From the IMG/VR virus record IMGVR_UViG_3300025913_000024, positions 47,478 through 111,477 of that record: a stretch of DNA of 64,000 nt; one strand, 5' to 3'. The notes beneath the pieces are model-generated. The model saw nothing but the letters and a program-made list of their open reading frames with translations. It ran no database searches and was not told the DNA's origin. A program made the position numbers and the translations under genes. Positions 28,653 through 37,354 of this stretch are shown in pieces. Source of the stretch: a virus (Duplodnaviria > Heunggongvirae > Uroviricota > Caudoviricetes). Every line of letters starts with the position of its first letter. The stretch's first letter is position 1.

Positions 28653-29449
28653 GCAACAAATTTAAGAACGATTCACTTGGAACAAGGATGAAGGAGAACT
28701 ATGAGAACAGATCAAAGATCTTTCTCCCTCGTAGAACCTACATCATCCTTCGTGTGGATGGCAAAGCTTTTCACACATACACGCGTGGTCTATTAAGGCC
28801 TTTCGACCAGGGTTTGGTCGAAGACATGGACGCTACGGCAATCTACCTTTGCAAGAACATCATGGGTGCTCAGTTCGCCTATGTACAGTCTGACGAGATC
28901 TCTATTCTTCTCACAGACTTTGACACCAACGAGACCCAATCTTGGTTTGACAACAATGTCCAGAAGCTTGCCTCAGTCTCTGCTTCTATGGCAACCTCAG
29001 CTTTCAACAAGGCCAGGATTTCAAGGTTCATGGCTACTACGACAGCAGTTCCTCTCGAGGATGCTGTGGACAAATTGACTTGGGCAGAGTTTGACTCTCG
29101 TGCCTTCCAGATCCCTCAGAAAGTTGAAGTAGAGAACTACTTCATCTGGCGTCAGCAGGATGCTACAAGAAACGCCATCTCCAGTGCTGCTCAATCTGTC
29201 TACTCCCACAAAGAACTTGAGGGAAAGTCTGGAGATGAGAAGCAAGAGATGATGTTTCAGAGAGGCATCAACTTCAACGACTATGATCCTAAGTACAAAA
29301 GAGGTCGTTTGATCGTTACAGAAACTTTTCCAAGTATCTCAGTTACATCAGGTGACATGGCAATTAGAACAAAATGGGTCTCCACGGCCGCTCCTATCTT
29401 CACTCAAGATAGAGATGATCTCTCTGATAGAATTCCAGAAAGTAGGTAA
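28649..29449 (+). CDS. Thg1-like protein (tRNA-His guanylyltransferase family 3'-5' nucleotidyltransferase)
   Basis: Start ATGA overlaps the upstream stop. Motifs ILRVDGKAFHTYTRG, YVQSDEISILL and QKLASVSASMATSAF match the Thg1 signatures VVRLDGRNFHRF, YGQSDEYSFVF and SKFMTHVASQFAS. Confidence 0.75.
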   Translation: MSNKFKNDSLGTRMKENYENRSKIFLPRRTYIILRVDGKAFHTYTRGLLRPFDQGLVEDMDATAIYLCKNIMGAQFAYVQSDEISILLTDFDTNETQSWFDNNVQKLASVSASMATSAFNKARISRFMATTTAVPLEDAVDKLTWAEFDSRAFQIPQKVEVENYFIWRQQDATRNAISSAAQSVYSHKELEGKSGDEKQEMMFQRGINFNDYDPKYKRGRLIVTETFPSISVTSGDMAIRTKWVSTAAPIFTQDRDDLSDRIPESR

Positions 29450-29452
29450 GAC

Positions 29453-29782
29453 ATGGAACGAGACACAGGTCCATTTAGGATCGAAGACGAAGAAGAACCA
29501 GACCTCGGACCAACCTCTGAGATTGAAGTAGTTGAAGGAGCTAGTTCTTCTGCTGAAGATAGCGAAGATTACTCCCCAAATGTCAAGATCTTCATTGACA
29601 AGGACTACTCTGGAGCCCTTTGGGTTCCTGAGAGAGATCTTCTTGAGAACATGAGTGTGGACCAGTTGGTTCTTTATTGGAGTGATCCTTATGCTCCTAT
29701 CGAAGTTCCTGCTCATGTGGTAGCTCAGCTTAAAGCCAAGGCTCACAGCCAGCTAGGATACTTGAACAAGAAACGAAGGTAA
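29453..29782 (+). CDS. hypothetical acidic protein (109 aa)
   Basis: ORF immediately after Thg1-like. Confidence 0.45.
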   Translation: MERDTGPFRIEDEEEPDLGPTSEIEVVEGASSSAEDSEDYSPNVKIFIDKDYSGALWVPERDLLENMSVDQLVLYWSDPYAPIEVPAHVVAQLKAKAHSQLGYLNKKRR

Positions 29783-29786
29783 GAAC

Positions 29787-30020
29787 ATGAGCTGTTTAGT
29801 TTGTGGCCAAAATGCGTTTGATAGGATTGACATCACTATCCCTGGAGTTCCCAGAGTATATTTGAAATCCTCTAGAGGAGAAGTTGATCTTTCATTTTGC
29901 ACGATCTGCGGAACTGTCAAAGCTGACGTGCCCTTCCCATCTACAACTAGAGCTGCTTTGTTAGAAGATAGATATAAAAAGATCTTAGAAAGAAACAGTG
30001 GTTTGTCCACAGATCCTTGA
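29787..30020 (+). CDS. small zinc-ribbon protein (CxxC...CxxC)
   Basis: CLVCG ... CTICG. Confidence 0.45.
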   Translation: MSCLVCGQNAFDRIDITIPGVPRVYLKSSRGEVDLSFCTICGTVKADVPFPSTTRAALLEDRYKKILERNSGLSTDP

Positions 30021-30030
30021 GATATTGTAG
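30018..30030 (+). promoter_or_regulatory. TGAGATATTGTAG promoter-like motif
   Basis: Exact consensus, 21 nt before ATG 30052 (RBS AAGGAGG between); starts a GC-rich island. Confidence 0.5.
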
Positions 30031-30051
30031 TCAACTCAAGGAGGTTTCATC

Positions 30052-30282
30052 ATGCCCGCTATTTCGGATATGGTCGAGAAGTACAAGGAACGAGTGATCG
30101 TTCTGGAACGGAAGATCTCGAACGCTGGTTACGGTGGATCCTCTGACTACACGTCGGAGACTGAACGTGAGACCTTGATTGAGGTCATCAATGATCTCGA
30201 GGCCATGTCTGGTCTCGAAAGAACCATCTTCCCTGAACCCTTCAAGGAAGGTTGGCACGGAATGATTGGAGGTCCGAACTAA
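30052..30282 (+). CDS. hypothetical protein (76 aa)
   Basis: Strong RBS AAGGAGG; GC-rich island. Confidence 0.55.
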   Translation: MPAISDMVEKYKERVIVLERKISNAGYGGSSDYTSETERETLIEVINDLEAMSGLERTIFPEPFKEGWHGMIGGPN

Positions 30283-30666
30283 ATGGACGACACTGCTAAG
30301 GCATTTTCAGGACTTGCGATTCTTCTTCTGCTCATCTTGTGGTGTTGTGGAAGTTGCATCGGGACGGTCAGCAATCAGGCTGACATGACCGCTACTGTTA
30401 TCAAAGCAGAACGGATTAACAATAGGTCCAACAACGGATCTCGTTACTTGGTCTTTACCAAGGACGTGAAGAGTCTGAGCGGAGACAGCTCTGCAACTGA
30501 AGAGGTCTTCGAAGACACCGATGAGTGGGTCTTCGGAAAGTTCAACTCTTCGGATCTGTACGGAAGCCTGACTCCCGGTACTCGTTATCAGTTCCACGTG
30601 TCTGGTGTTCGTAACCAGATGTTCTCGTGGTATCGCAACATCATCAAAGCTGAAGAGGTGAAGTAA
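30283..30666 (+). CDS. putative lipoprotein or secreted protein (127 aa)
   Basis: N-terminal LAILLLLILWCCGSC signal/lipobox-like segment. Confidence 0.5.
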   Translation: MDDTAKAFSGLAILLLLILWCCGSCIGTVSNQADMTATVIKAERINNRSNNGSRYLVFTKDVKSLSGDSSATEEVFEDTDEWVFGKFNSSDLYGSLTPGTRYQFHVSGVRNQMFSWYRNIIKAEEVK

Positions 30667-30667
30667 C

Positions 30668-31126
30668 ATGTCCAAGACTCCTGCTGAACAACTTTCCATT
30701 GCGATCTCGATCGCTTCGAAGGGCCATGAAGGGGTCTTGGATAAGGGCGGCTCGCCCTACATCCTTCATCCTCTTCACGTGATGAACGCTGTTGCCCATC
30801 TTGGCTATCTGTGCATGGCTGCTGGTGTTCTTCATGACACTATTGAAGACACTGACACCACTGCTCAGAATCTGCGTGACGCTGGTCTCGAAGAGAACGT
30901 GGTCATGACTGTCTTGGCCGTCTCTCGCCCTAATGGAGTTCTCTATGATGACTTCATCAAGGCGATTGGAGCTACCCCCGGTATCGTAGGAACTTGGGCT
31001 CGGGCCATCAAGTTGGCTGACATCGAACACAACTCTACCGTCACTCGCCTCAAGGGTGTGGCTAAGAAGGACTTCGATCGTCTTCAGAAGTATGTCTATG
31101 CATACCAGTATCTGAAGGAAGTGTAA
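30668..31126 (+). CDS. small alarmone hydrolase (RelA/SpoT-type HD domain, Mesh1-like (p)ppGpp hydrolase)
   Basis: HD-domain motifs YILHPLHV and LHDTIEDT match the SpoT/Mesh1 hydrolase signature (HxxxHD...ED). 152 aa is the stand-alone SAH size. Confidence 0.7.
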   Translation: MSKTPAEQLSIAISIASKGHEGVLDKGGSPYILHPLHVMNAVAHLGYLCMAAGVLHDTIEDTDTTAQNLRDAGLEENVVMTVLAVSRPNGVLYDDFIKAIGATPGIVGTWARAIKLADIEHNSTVTRLKGVAKKDFDRLQKYVYAYQYLKEV

Positions 31127-31127
31127 G

Positions 31128-31310
31128 ATGAGTTTCAACTCTGTGGTTACTGCTGTTACTCCTACCTCTCCTCTCAACAAGAAGAACAAGACCAACTTTG
31201 GTTTGGAATTCTGGAAGAAGCTAGCTTCCAAACAGAAGGAAGCAGATCCTGAACGTCACGAATCCAAAGAATACCTTCAGCAACACACCGAAGGATGGGA
31301 GGATCTCTAA
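31128..31310 (+). CDS. hypothetical protein (60 aa)
   Basis: Small ORF. Confidence 0.4.
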   Translation: MSFNSVVTAVTPTSPLNKKNKTNFGLEFWKKLASKQKEADPERHESKEYLQQHTEGWEDL

Positions 31311-31552
31311 TGAGTAAAGGTACTCTTTTCATCCAAGGTAGTGTTGGCCAGGTCTCTGATGCTGATAAGGCTTGGGACCTCGTGGTCAAGGCTGGCGAAG
31401 AGAAGATGGATTTAGCTGATCGTCTTATTGGCTACAAAGAAAAGTCCATCATGTATGGCTTTGCTTTGAAAGAGATCCGTAAGCTCATCGCTGGTAAGAA
31501 AGATACTACCTCGATGGCCATCCGAAAGATCATCCTAGAAATTCAATCATGA
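31310..31552 (+). CDS. hypothetical protein (80 aa)
   Basis: RBS GGGAGGA 6 nt before ATG 31310 (TAATG overlap). Confidence 0.5.
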   Translation: MSKGTLFIQGSVGQVSDADKAWDLVVKAGEEKMDLADRLIGYKEKSIMYGFALKEIRKLIAGKKDTTSMAIRKIILEIQS

Positions 31553-31860
31553 GTTCTGCTACTATTGACGTAGATCCTAAAGATTTGAAAGTCATGAACT
31601 CTCATGGCTATGACAACGTTTTCTTCTGGGATGAAATTCCTTGTACGTGCGACGCCTGTCGACATGTGGTCTCACGTAAGACTCTTGTGAGATCCCAAGA
31701 ACAAGGGGTCTTTCTTTTGATCCACCCTACGAAGTACAGTGAGTACAGCACCATTGTGAACTCCATCTTTCTCAACAGAGTTTTCACTGGAAATGAGATC
31801 TGGTTAAGATCTGAGTGCAAACGATATGGGATCAAGATCCTCAAAGAGATTCGACTATGA
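31549..31860 (+). CDS. hypothetical Cys-containing protein (103 aa)
   Basis: ATGA overlap; CTCDACRH. Confidence 0.45.
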   Translation: MSSATIDVDPKDLKVMNSHGYDNVFFWDEIPCTCDACRHVVSRKTLVRSQEQGVFLLIHPTKYSEYSTIVNSIFLNRVFTGNEIWLRSECKRYGIKILKEIRL

Positions 31861-32189
31861 CAAACAAAAAGAAAAGTATCAAAGATCAAATGAATGATTT
31901 GATTTTATCAGACTCTAACACCATTCAAGGAAAGTTCAAGATCATCAAAAGCATCAATTGGGATAAATTCCAAGATCATCTTCGACTTGGAATCTTTATC
32001 TTTTTGGGAGTTTGGTGTGTCTTTTCTTTTGTCTGGTGGTGCTTTCACATTCATGGTTGGGGACAAGACCGATCCTTCTTTGGGTTTGCTTGGGCCATTA
32101 CAGTCAGCATGGAAGGCGTAATAGCTGGAATTGGAGCATTCGTTCTTTTTGTCATGTTTGTTCTGTGGCTATTTAAGGTAAACAAATGA
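31857..32189 (+). CDS. small membrane protein (2 TM)
   Basis: ATGA overlap; hydrophobic segments. Confidence 0.45.
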   Translation: MTNKKKSIKDQMNDLILSDSNTIQGKFKIIKSINWDKFQDHLRLGIFIFLGVWCVFSFVWWCFHIHGWGQDRSFFGFAWAITVSMEGVIAGIGAFVLFVMFVLWLFKVNK

Positions 32190-32768
32190 AGATTGCAGAA
32201 GCCCGTGAAAAAGTCAAAGATCTCATCTGGAACCAAGCTAATGTCTATGGTGACCAGATCATGAGTCGAGATACTCTCGACGCCATTCGTGCTGTTTTGA
32301 AAGACAGCCAGAGAAAAAGTCAAAGATCTCATCTGGAACCAAGCTAATGTCTATGGTGACCAGATCATGAGTCGAGATACTCTCGACGCCATTCGTGCTG
32401 TTTTGAAAGACAGCCAGAGAAACGCAAAGAAGACTCCCAAGATTGTCAAGACTCCTAATTTCATGGTAGGTCTTCCTAAGTTTGAAGGAAAGATCGGTGA
32501 AGAGATTCCTGTAAAGTTTGGAAACAAAGTTTACAAGACTAGAATCGACCACATGGGAACTCAAAGATTTCTCCCCATCCCCGGCTACGAAAAGTACGCT
32601 GAAGACTTCATGATCGATGGTGGACCTAACGAGTGGATAGCCCGTATGTACAAGGGAGAACTTACTAGTCAGGAAGTTTTCAATCGTAGAATCGGTGGTT
32701 ATAGTATCAGTGGTTTCTGTGATTGCTACCCTAGCTACCAGTGCATCAATCCTCTTTGGGAGACCTGA
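32186..32768 (+). pseudogene. gene disrupted by a perfect 106-bp tandem duplication (N-terminal 43-codon fragment plus restart at 32367)
   Basis: ATG 32186 reads MKIAEAREKVKDLIWNQANVYGDQIMSRDTLDAIRAVLKDSQR and then shifts frame into a stop. The second repeat copy restores the same protein from the internal Met 32367. Removing one copy gives a single intact 168-aa ORF. Confidence 0.7.
32211..32422 (+). repeat. perfect 2 x 106-bp direct tandem duplication
   Basis: 32211-32316 is identical to 32317-32422, read directly. The unit length is not a multiple of 3. Confidence 0.95.
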
Positions 32769-32774
32769 AGTTCA

Positions 32775-33017
32775 ATGAGAATCAAACCTCCTGTTCCAGA
32801 CCCTTACGAACACATTCATGGAAAGTTCGTCCCCTTCTTCTACAGAACTTGTTTAGATTGTAAAGACAAGGTTAAGGGAGAACCTGTGTGGCAGGTTATC
32901 ATCCATGAGTTCCACGGTTTCGAAGATCCTCGTGTACCAAAGACAAAGTACATTTGCTTTCAATGTGCTCCTGACATTGCCAAAGCTAATAAAATAAGAA
33001 AGGAACATAGCAGATGA
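32775..33017 (+). CDS. small zinc-finger protein (80 aa)
   Basis: CLDCKDK ... CFQC. Confidence 0.45.
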   Translation: MRIKPPVPDPYEHIHGKFVPFFYRTCLDCKDKVKGEPVWQVIIHEFHGFEDPRVPKTKYICFQCAPDIAKANKIRKEHSR

Positions 33018-33217
33018 AAGATCTTATCGAAGCTCTCCAGATTTTCCTAAAGTACAGTGATACAGACTACCCAACTAACTGTACTCATGATTGTCTTTAT
33101 GTCGATGTGGATCCTGAACTTGTATCAGATGAAGACAAAGTTCATCTTAGCGAACTAAGCTTTGATCCTGATGAGGATAGTCCAGGATTTTACTCTTATC
33201 GTTTTGGGTCTTGCTAA
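33014..33217 (+). CDS. hypothetical protein (67 aa)
   Basis: ATGA overlap. Confidence 0.4.
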   Translation: MKDLIEALQIFLKYSDTDYPTNCTHDCLYVDVDPELVSDEDKVHLSELSFDPDEDSPGFYSYRFGSC

Positions 33218-33652
33218 ATGACTTTAGTTTGGAAGGACCTAGGTCCCATCGATGATCGTAAACCTAACGCTGTAGATCGTTGGGATGCTACTAAGGTTTA
33301 TACTCTTGGTAACATCGTAAACTATCAAGCTCACTTCTACAAAGTAAAGTACTTTATGGAAGGAGAGGAAGAACCTCCTGAAGCTACAGTTGTCCAAGTA
33401 GGTCTTCCTCCTGGAACTAAGATAGAGAAAGGTCCTCTTCTTGGACTATTAGAGAAGATGAGAGCCGAGGCCATGAACTCCTTAACTTCGAGTTCCAAAG
33501 TGCTAGAACGTCTCACTTCTACCAATCTCAACTTTCCTAGACTTGGTGCGATCAACGACATAATGATTGAACGAAGTAATGTCTTGGAAAGAATCAGAAC
33601 CATCGATGAGATTGTCATCGAGGCACAATACTTAGGATTGATCAAAATATGA
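33218..33652 (+). CDS. hypothetical protein (144 aa)
   Basis: ORF in a co-oriented block. Confidence 0.5.
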   Translation: MTLVWKDLGPIDDRKPNAVDRWDATKVYTLGNIVNYQAHFYKVKYFMEGEEEPPEATVVQVGLPPGTKIEKGPLLGLLEKMRAEAMNSLTSSSKVLERLTSTNLNFPRLGAINDIMIERSNVLERIRTIDEIVIEAQYLGLIKI

Positions 33653-33948
33653 AAGCACTAGATCAAAATTCAGAAGAACTTAATCCTGGAGACAGGATCG
33701 CTTGGGCCTCTCAGCATGGTCACACTTGCTATCTCAAGATTGGCAAGATCATCTCTGTCGAGATGAAGAAGGTTAATGAGTGGTCTGATCGGGTCAAGTG
33801 CGTGATCAAGGCCGAGACCACAATGGTTGAACCTTGGACCTGGAATGGTCAAGACCAACGTAAGACTTACGTTGGAAGAGTGGAGAGCACTCGACTTATT
33901 TCTGACGATAGCTCAGACTATTACTTTGCACAGGCGGTGAAACTATGA
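33649..33948 (+). CDS. hypothetical protein (99 aa)
   Basis: ATGA overlap. Confidence 0.45.
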   Translation: MKALDQNSEELNPGDRIAWASQHGHTCYLKIGKIISVEMKKVNEWSDRVKCVIKAETTMVEPWTWNGQDQRKTYVGRVESTRLISDDSSDYYFAQAVKL

Positions 33949-34334
33949 AGAAGATTCTCTTAGCTCTTGCTGTCTTTCTTTTGGTCTCTTTTCAAGCTAC
34001 GGCTTCTATTGCTCCGCCTGAGAAGTTGACCAATCCAAACCCAGATCCACAAACAGAAGCTCCTGAACCTCAAGTTCAAGGAGAAGATGATCAACAAGTT
34101 CCGGATGACGGAATAGAAGATCTTGTGGTTATCTGGGCAGAGAAGCTTGAAGATCTTAAGGACATGGTCCATGAGTTCTTCGACAAAGGTTATGTCGCTA
34201 TCGACACGATAAAAGAAGCCATGATGGCTGAACGAGACGAGAATGGCAATATGACAGGAAACGTTCTGTACGTGTACATTCAAAAGATGGTGAAGTTCAA
34301 GACTCCACCTCAAACCCCTCCTGAGGTAGATTAA
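33945..34334 (+). CDS. secreted Pro-rich protein (129 aa)
   Basis: Signal-peptide-like N-terminus MKKILLALAVFLLVSFQATAS. Confidence 0.5.
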   Translation: MKKILLALAVFLLVSFQATASIAPPEKLTNPNPDPQTEAPEPQVQGEDDQQVPDDGIEDLVVIWAEKLEDLKDMVHEFFDKGYVAIDTIKEAMMAERDENGNMTGNVLYVYIQKMVKFKTPPQTPPEVD

Positions 34335-34335
34335 G

Positions 34336-34674
34336 ATGGATCCTTCTGAAAAGTTCATCGATGAGTTCAAGTCTAATGCTCAAGACATCGTAAGGAAGTG
34401 GCTTCCTGGCCAGAGCTATGGTTACAACGAAGTTGTCATTGAACTCGAAGAGATCCTTAGGATCACTATCGACAACATCGCTGGAGTTTGGCGCGTTGAA
34501 GATGACACCATCAAGTCAAAGCGTCGTGATATGGTCAAGATTCTTGCTCACTACTCTCAAAGAGATATGGACGTTGGTTTCTTTAACCAAGGACCACATG
34601 AATTGGCTAGAAAGGCCAAAGCTCTTGTAGATGAAGTGTACAAGATCACCGACCAAAAGTCTAAGCTAACTTAA
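34336..34674 (+). CDS. hypothetical protein (112 aa)
   Basis: ORF in a co-oriented block. Confidence 0.5.
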   Translation: MDPSEKFIDEFKSNAQDIVRKWLPGQSYGYNEVVIELEEILRITIDNIAGVWRVEDDTIKSKRRDMVKILAHYSQRDMDVGFFNQGPHELARKAKALVDEVYKITDQKSKLT

Positions 34675-34703
34675 CTCAGTTTACAAATTCTAACTAAGTT
34701 AAG

Positions 34704-35351
34704 ATGAGATTTACTATGAAAAAGCTATTCATCACAGTGATGATCTCTCTTTTCTTGTGGGGTTGTACGGTAACCAAGACCGTTGAGGTCTCTCCTACAC
34801 CTACACCAGATCCTATCGCAGTACAACCTCCAACTTTCATTCCTCAAACCATCGAGATGCCCTTGGAGTTTCAACTTCCCATGAAGGACCCTATCGTTAC
34901 AAGCCGTTTTGGATATCGAAATGACTTGAAGAAAGGTCCAATGGGTGGTGGAGACTCTATTCACATGGGACTCGACATGATCCCGAAGAATAGAAAGTTG
35001 ATCCATGCTCCTATCTTGGCAGCAGCGGATGGAGAGGTTGTTATTGTTTATCCTCCTCCGAGCAAGAAGTTCAAAGGTCATGTCGTTTTTGGTGGTTGTA
35101 TTCAGATCAAGAGTGACTCCGGCTGGAGAACCAAGTCTGGAAAGATCATTTGGGCGTACACCTTGTACGGACACATGAGTGATGTTTGGATGACAGAAGG
35201 CACCATGGTCAAAGCTGGTCAAGTCATAGGTCTGATGGGAAACACAGGACAAGCTGAAGGCTATCACCTCCACTTCGAGGTCTCATTTGACCCTGAAGAC
35301 TTTCTTCCAGAGCTTGATGCTCTTCCTACTCTACGAAAGGCTCAAGACTAA
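34704..35351 (+). CDS. lipoprotein M23-family (LytM-like) peptidase, a candidate endolysin or cell-wall hydrolase
   Basis: Lipobox-like LFLWGC signal. M23 signature HMGLD ... GNTGQAEGYHLHFEV (HxH motif). An alternative start at 34716 (MKKLF) is possible. Confidence 0.65.
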   Translation: MRFTMKKLFITVMISLFLWGCTVTKTVEVSPTPTPDPIAVQPPTFIPQTIEMPLEFQLPMKDPIVTSRFGYRNDLKKGPMGGGDSIHMGLDMIPKNRKLIHAPILAAADGEVVIVYPPPSKKFKGHVVFGGCIQIKSDSGWRTKSGKIIWAYTLYGHMSDVWMTEGTMVKAGQVIGLMGNTGQAEGYHLHFEVSFDPEDFLPELDALPTLRKAQD

Positions 35352-35352
35352 C

Positions 35353-35847
35353 ATGTCAGACGAAAAGAAAGTCTACGAAGAAAAGAGAGTTTACATCTAC
35401 GTCCAAGAACCTGGTCAATATTGCATGAGATGCCCAGAGTGTCATGAAGAACATGATCTTCTTTGGTCGGAGTTCAAGAGCTCTATCTGGTGTAACAAGT
35501 GCCAGAAGGATCAGTATCTTCCATTGGACTCTACAGATAGTGGAGTCTTCTCTGGTCCGATCATGCTTCATACCTCTGAGCTCTTAGGCATGCGATTTGA
35601 TCGTCTCTACATTGAACAAGACAAGATCCTTGTTCAAGAGGTCTACATCGACATGACAGACTCAGAGGATGAGATCGTAGAGAAGATCAAGAAGGGAGAG
35701 ATCGAACTTCTTGATGGACCACAGTACCTTGAGTACTTGGACAAACGAAGAAAACATCTTGAGAGCCAAATGTCTACTGGACTGAAGGCTGAGATCAAGG
35801 ATACTAGGGAACAACAAAATGACACCGATGATTCAAAAGTTGATTGA
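35353..35847 (+). CDS. zinc-ribbon protein (CxxC x2), 164 aa
   Basis: CMRCPECHEEHD ... CNKCQKD. Confidence 0.5.
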   Translation: MSDEKKVYEEKRVYIYVQEPGQYCMRCPECHEEHDLLWSEFKSSIWCNKCQKDQYLPLDSTDSGVFSGPIMLHTSELLGMRFDRLYIEQDKILVQEVYIDMTDSEDEIVEKIKKGEIELLDGPQYLEYLDKRRKHLESQMSTGLKAEIKDTREQQNDTDDSKVD

Positions 35848-36130
35848 GAAAAGAGATCGTCAACTCCAACAAAAGAAAGACAAAGATAAGAAAGACAAGC
35901 AAAAGGGAACCATCAAGGTTATCAAGATGATTGAGAAGATCATCCGAAAAGGACGATTTCCACTACCTGATTGGAACCCAAATTACTTGGGTGGGTTCGA
36001 TCTTTCTAATCTTCCTAAGTTTAGTTTGAAGAAGGTTCAGGAAAAGTTTCCTGATCTTAATCTTTCATGGAACTCTAATGAGACTAGTAGTGACGAGTAT
36101 TCTTTAGACATCTATTTGAAGAGAGTCTAA
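35819..36130 (+). CDS. hypothetical basic protein (103 aa)
   Basis: Overlaps the upstream gene by 29 nt; lysine-rich. Confidence 0.4.
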   Translation: MTPMIQKLIEKRDRQLQQKKDKDKKDKQKGTIKVIKMIEKIIRKGRFPLPDWNPNYLGGFDLSNLPKFSLKKVQEKFPDLNLSWNSNETSSDEYSLDIYLKRV

Positions 36131-36307
36131 ATGAAAAAACCAAAAGAACAAAAACCTAAAGTTGAAGTTGAAGAACATGTAACTGGATCCGTGTTCTCTT
36201 TCCAGTTACCAGACTCTTTCTATGAGTCTGAGATCTACAAGAACAACTCTGGTGGTACAATGACCACAGAACAGTGTCAAAGAGCCAGAGAGAACTATCG
36301 TTGGTAA
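36131..36307 (+). CDS. hypothetical protein (58 aa, below ORF-track cutoff)
   Basis: ATG immediately after the upstream stop; ends 1 nt before the next start. Confidence 0.35.
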   Translation: MKKPKEQKPKVEVEEHVTGSVFSFQLPDSFYESEIYKNNSGGTMTTEQCQRARENYRW

Positions 36308-36308
36308 C

Positions 36309-36638
36309 ATGAAAAAACTTTATCACAGAATCAAAAAAGTCTATGGTGTTTTTCCCAAGTATGATCTTCACACCTTTCAATTTGAAGGTTCAGAAACTAC
36401 TATTTTTTTCAGAGTAGTTTCTGATAGTCCTAGAGTCAATGGAATTTTCACTTTCTTAGATTTTCTCCAAAAGAATGGAGATCTTTTGGTGATTGAAGAG
36501 ATCACCAAGAAAAAGTTCAAACCTCTTCCTGATCATCTTTGCGATGGTTGTGGGGAAGAACGAAAATATCACCATGCTGGAACTTTGTGTAGTGATAACA
36601 ACGGTGGTTTCACTCTTAAAGAAGAAGATATGATATGA
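36309..36638 (+). CDS. hypothetical zinc-binding protein (109 aa)
   Basis: CDGCGEERKYHHAGTLC. Confidence 0.45.
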   Translation: MKKLYHRIKKVYGVFPKYDLHTFQFEGSETTIFFRVVSDSPRVNGIFTFLDFLQKNGDLLVIEEITKKKFKPLPDHLCDGCGEERKYHHAGTLCSDNNGGFTLKEEDMI

Positions 36639-36901
36639 GTGGTCCAGCTCCAAAGCATGGACAACCTACCCACCATGAAGCTGTTCATCACGTTTATCTT
36701 ACTGTAGAACAGATGGAGAAGATGACAACTCAACGTCTTCTAGCTTACTTCAAGAAACACTTGATGCATGATCCATTCTATCCTTCCAGTGAAAAAGAAA
36801 AACATGACGAGTGGGAGATGGTTAGAGCTAAAGCTCAAAGTATACTATCAAGTAGAGAACATGTTCCTTCTAAGAGGGAACTCCAAAAGAGAAAGAAATG
36901 A
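36635..36901 (+). CDS. hypothetical protein (88 aa)
   Basis: ATGA overlap. Confidence 0.45.
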   Translation: MSGPAPKHGQPTHHEAVHHVYLTVEQMEKMTTQRLLAYFKKHLMHDPFYPSSEKEKHDEWEMVRAKAQSILSSREHVPSKRELQKRKK

Positions 36902-37320
36902 CACGATACGTTTTAGGTTTTCTTTTTGATGACGAAAAGAACACGGTCGTCTTGATCAAGAAAAACAAGCCTGTTTGGCAAAAAGGTCTCTTGAACGGTG
37001 TTGGTGGGAAGATCGAAGAAGGTGAACTTCCTATAGTCGCTATGGTAAGAGAGTTTGAAGAGGAAACGTCTGTGAAAACAGACAACCTTGATTGGAAGCA
37101 CTTTGCTGGTGTTGAAGGCGAAGGTTACTCCATCGCTTGTTTCTACACCATCAGTTCTGACTACATGAAAAACGTCAAGACCATGGAAGAAGAAGTGATC
37201 GAGATTCGTAGGATTCGAGATCTTCAAGATCTTCCTATAGTCTCCAATCTTCTTTGGTTGGTTCACCTTGCAAAAGATGAAAACAATGGTAACCATCCTA
37301 CTGTTCAAGTAAAGTACTAA
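36898..37320 (+). CDS. Nudix hydrolase
   Basis: Nudix box GGKIEEGELPIVAMVREFEEETSV fits Gx5Ex7REUxEExGU with G replaced by S in the last position. Confidence 0.65.
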   Translation: MTRYVLGFLFDDEKNTVVLIKKNKPVWQKGLLNGVGGKIEEGELPIVAMVREFEEETSVKTDNLDWKHFAGVEGEGYSIACFYTISSDYMKNVKTMEEEVIEIRRIRDLQDLPIVSNLLWLVHLAKDENNGNHPTVQVKY

Positions 37321-37354
37321 ATGACTGTTATTCTTCTGTGTGTACTAATTGTAC

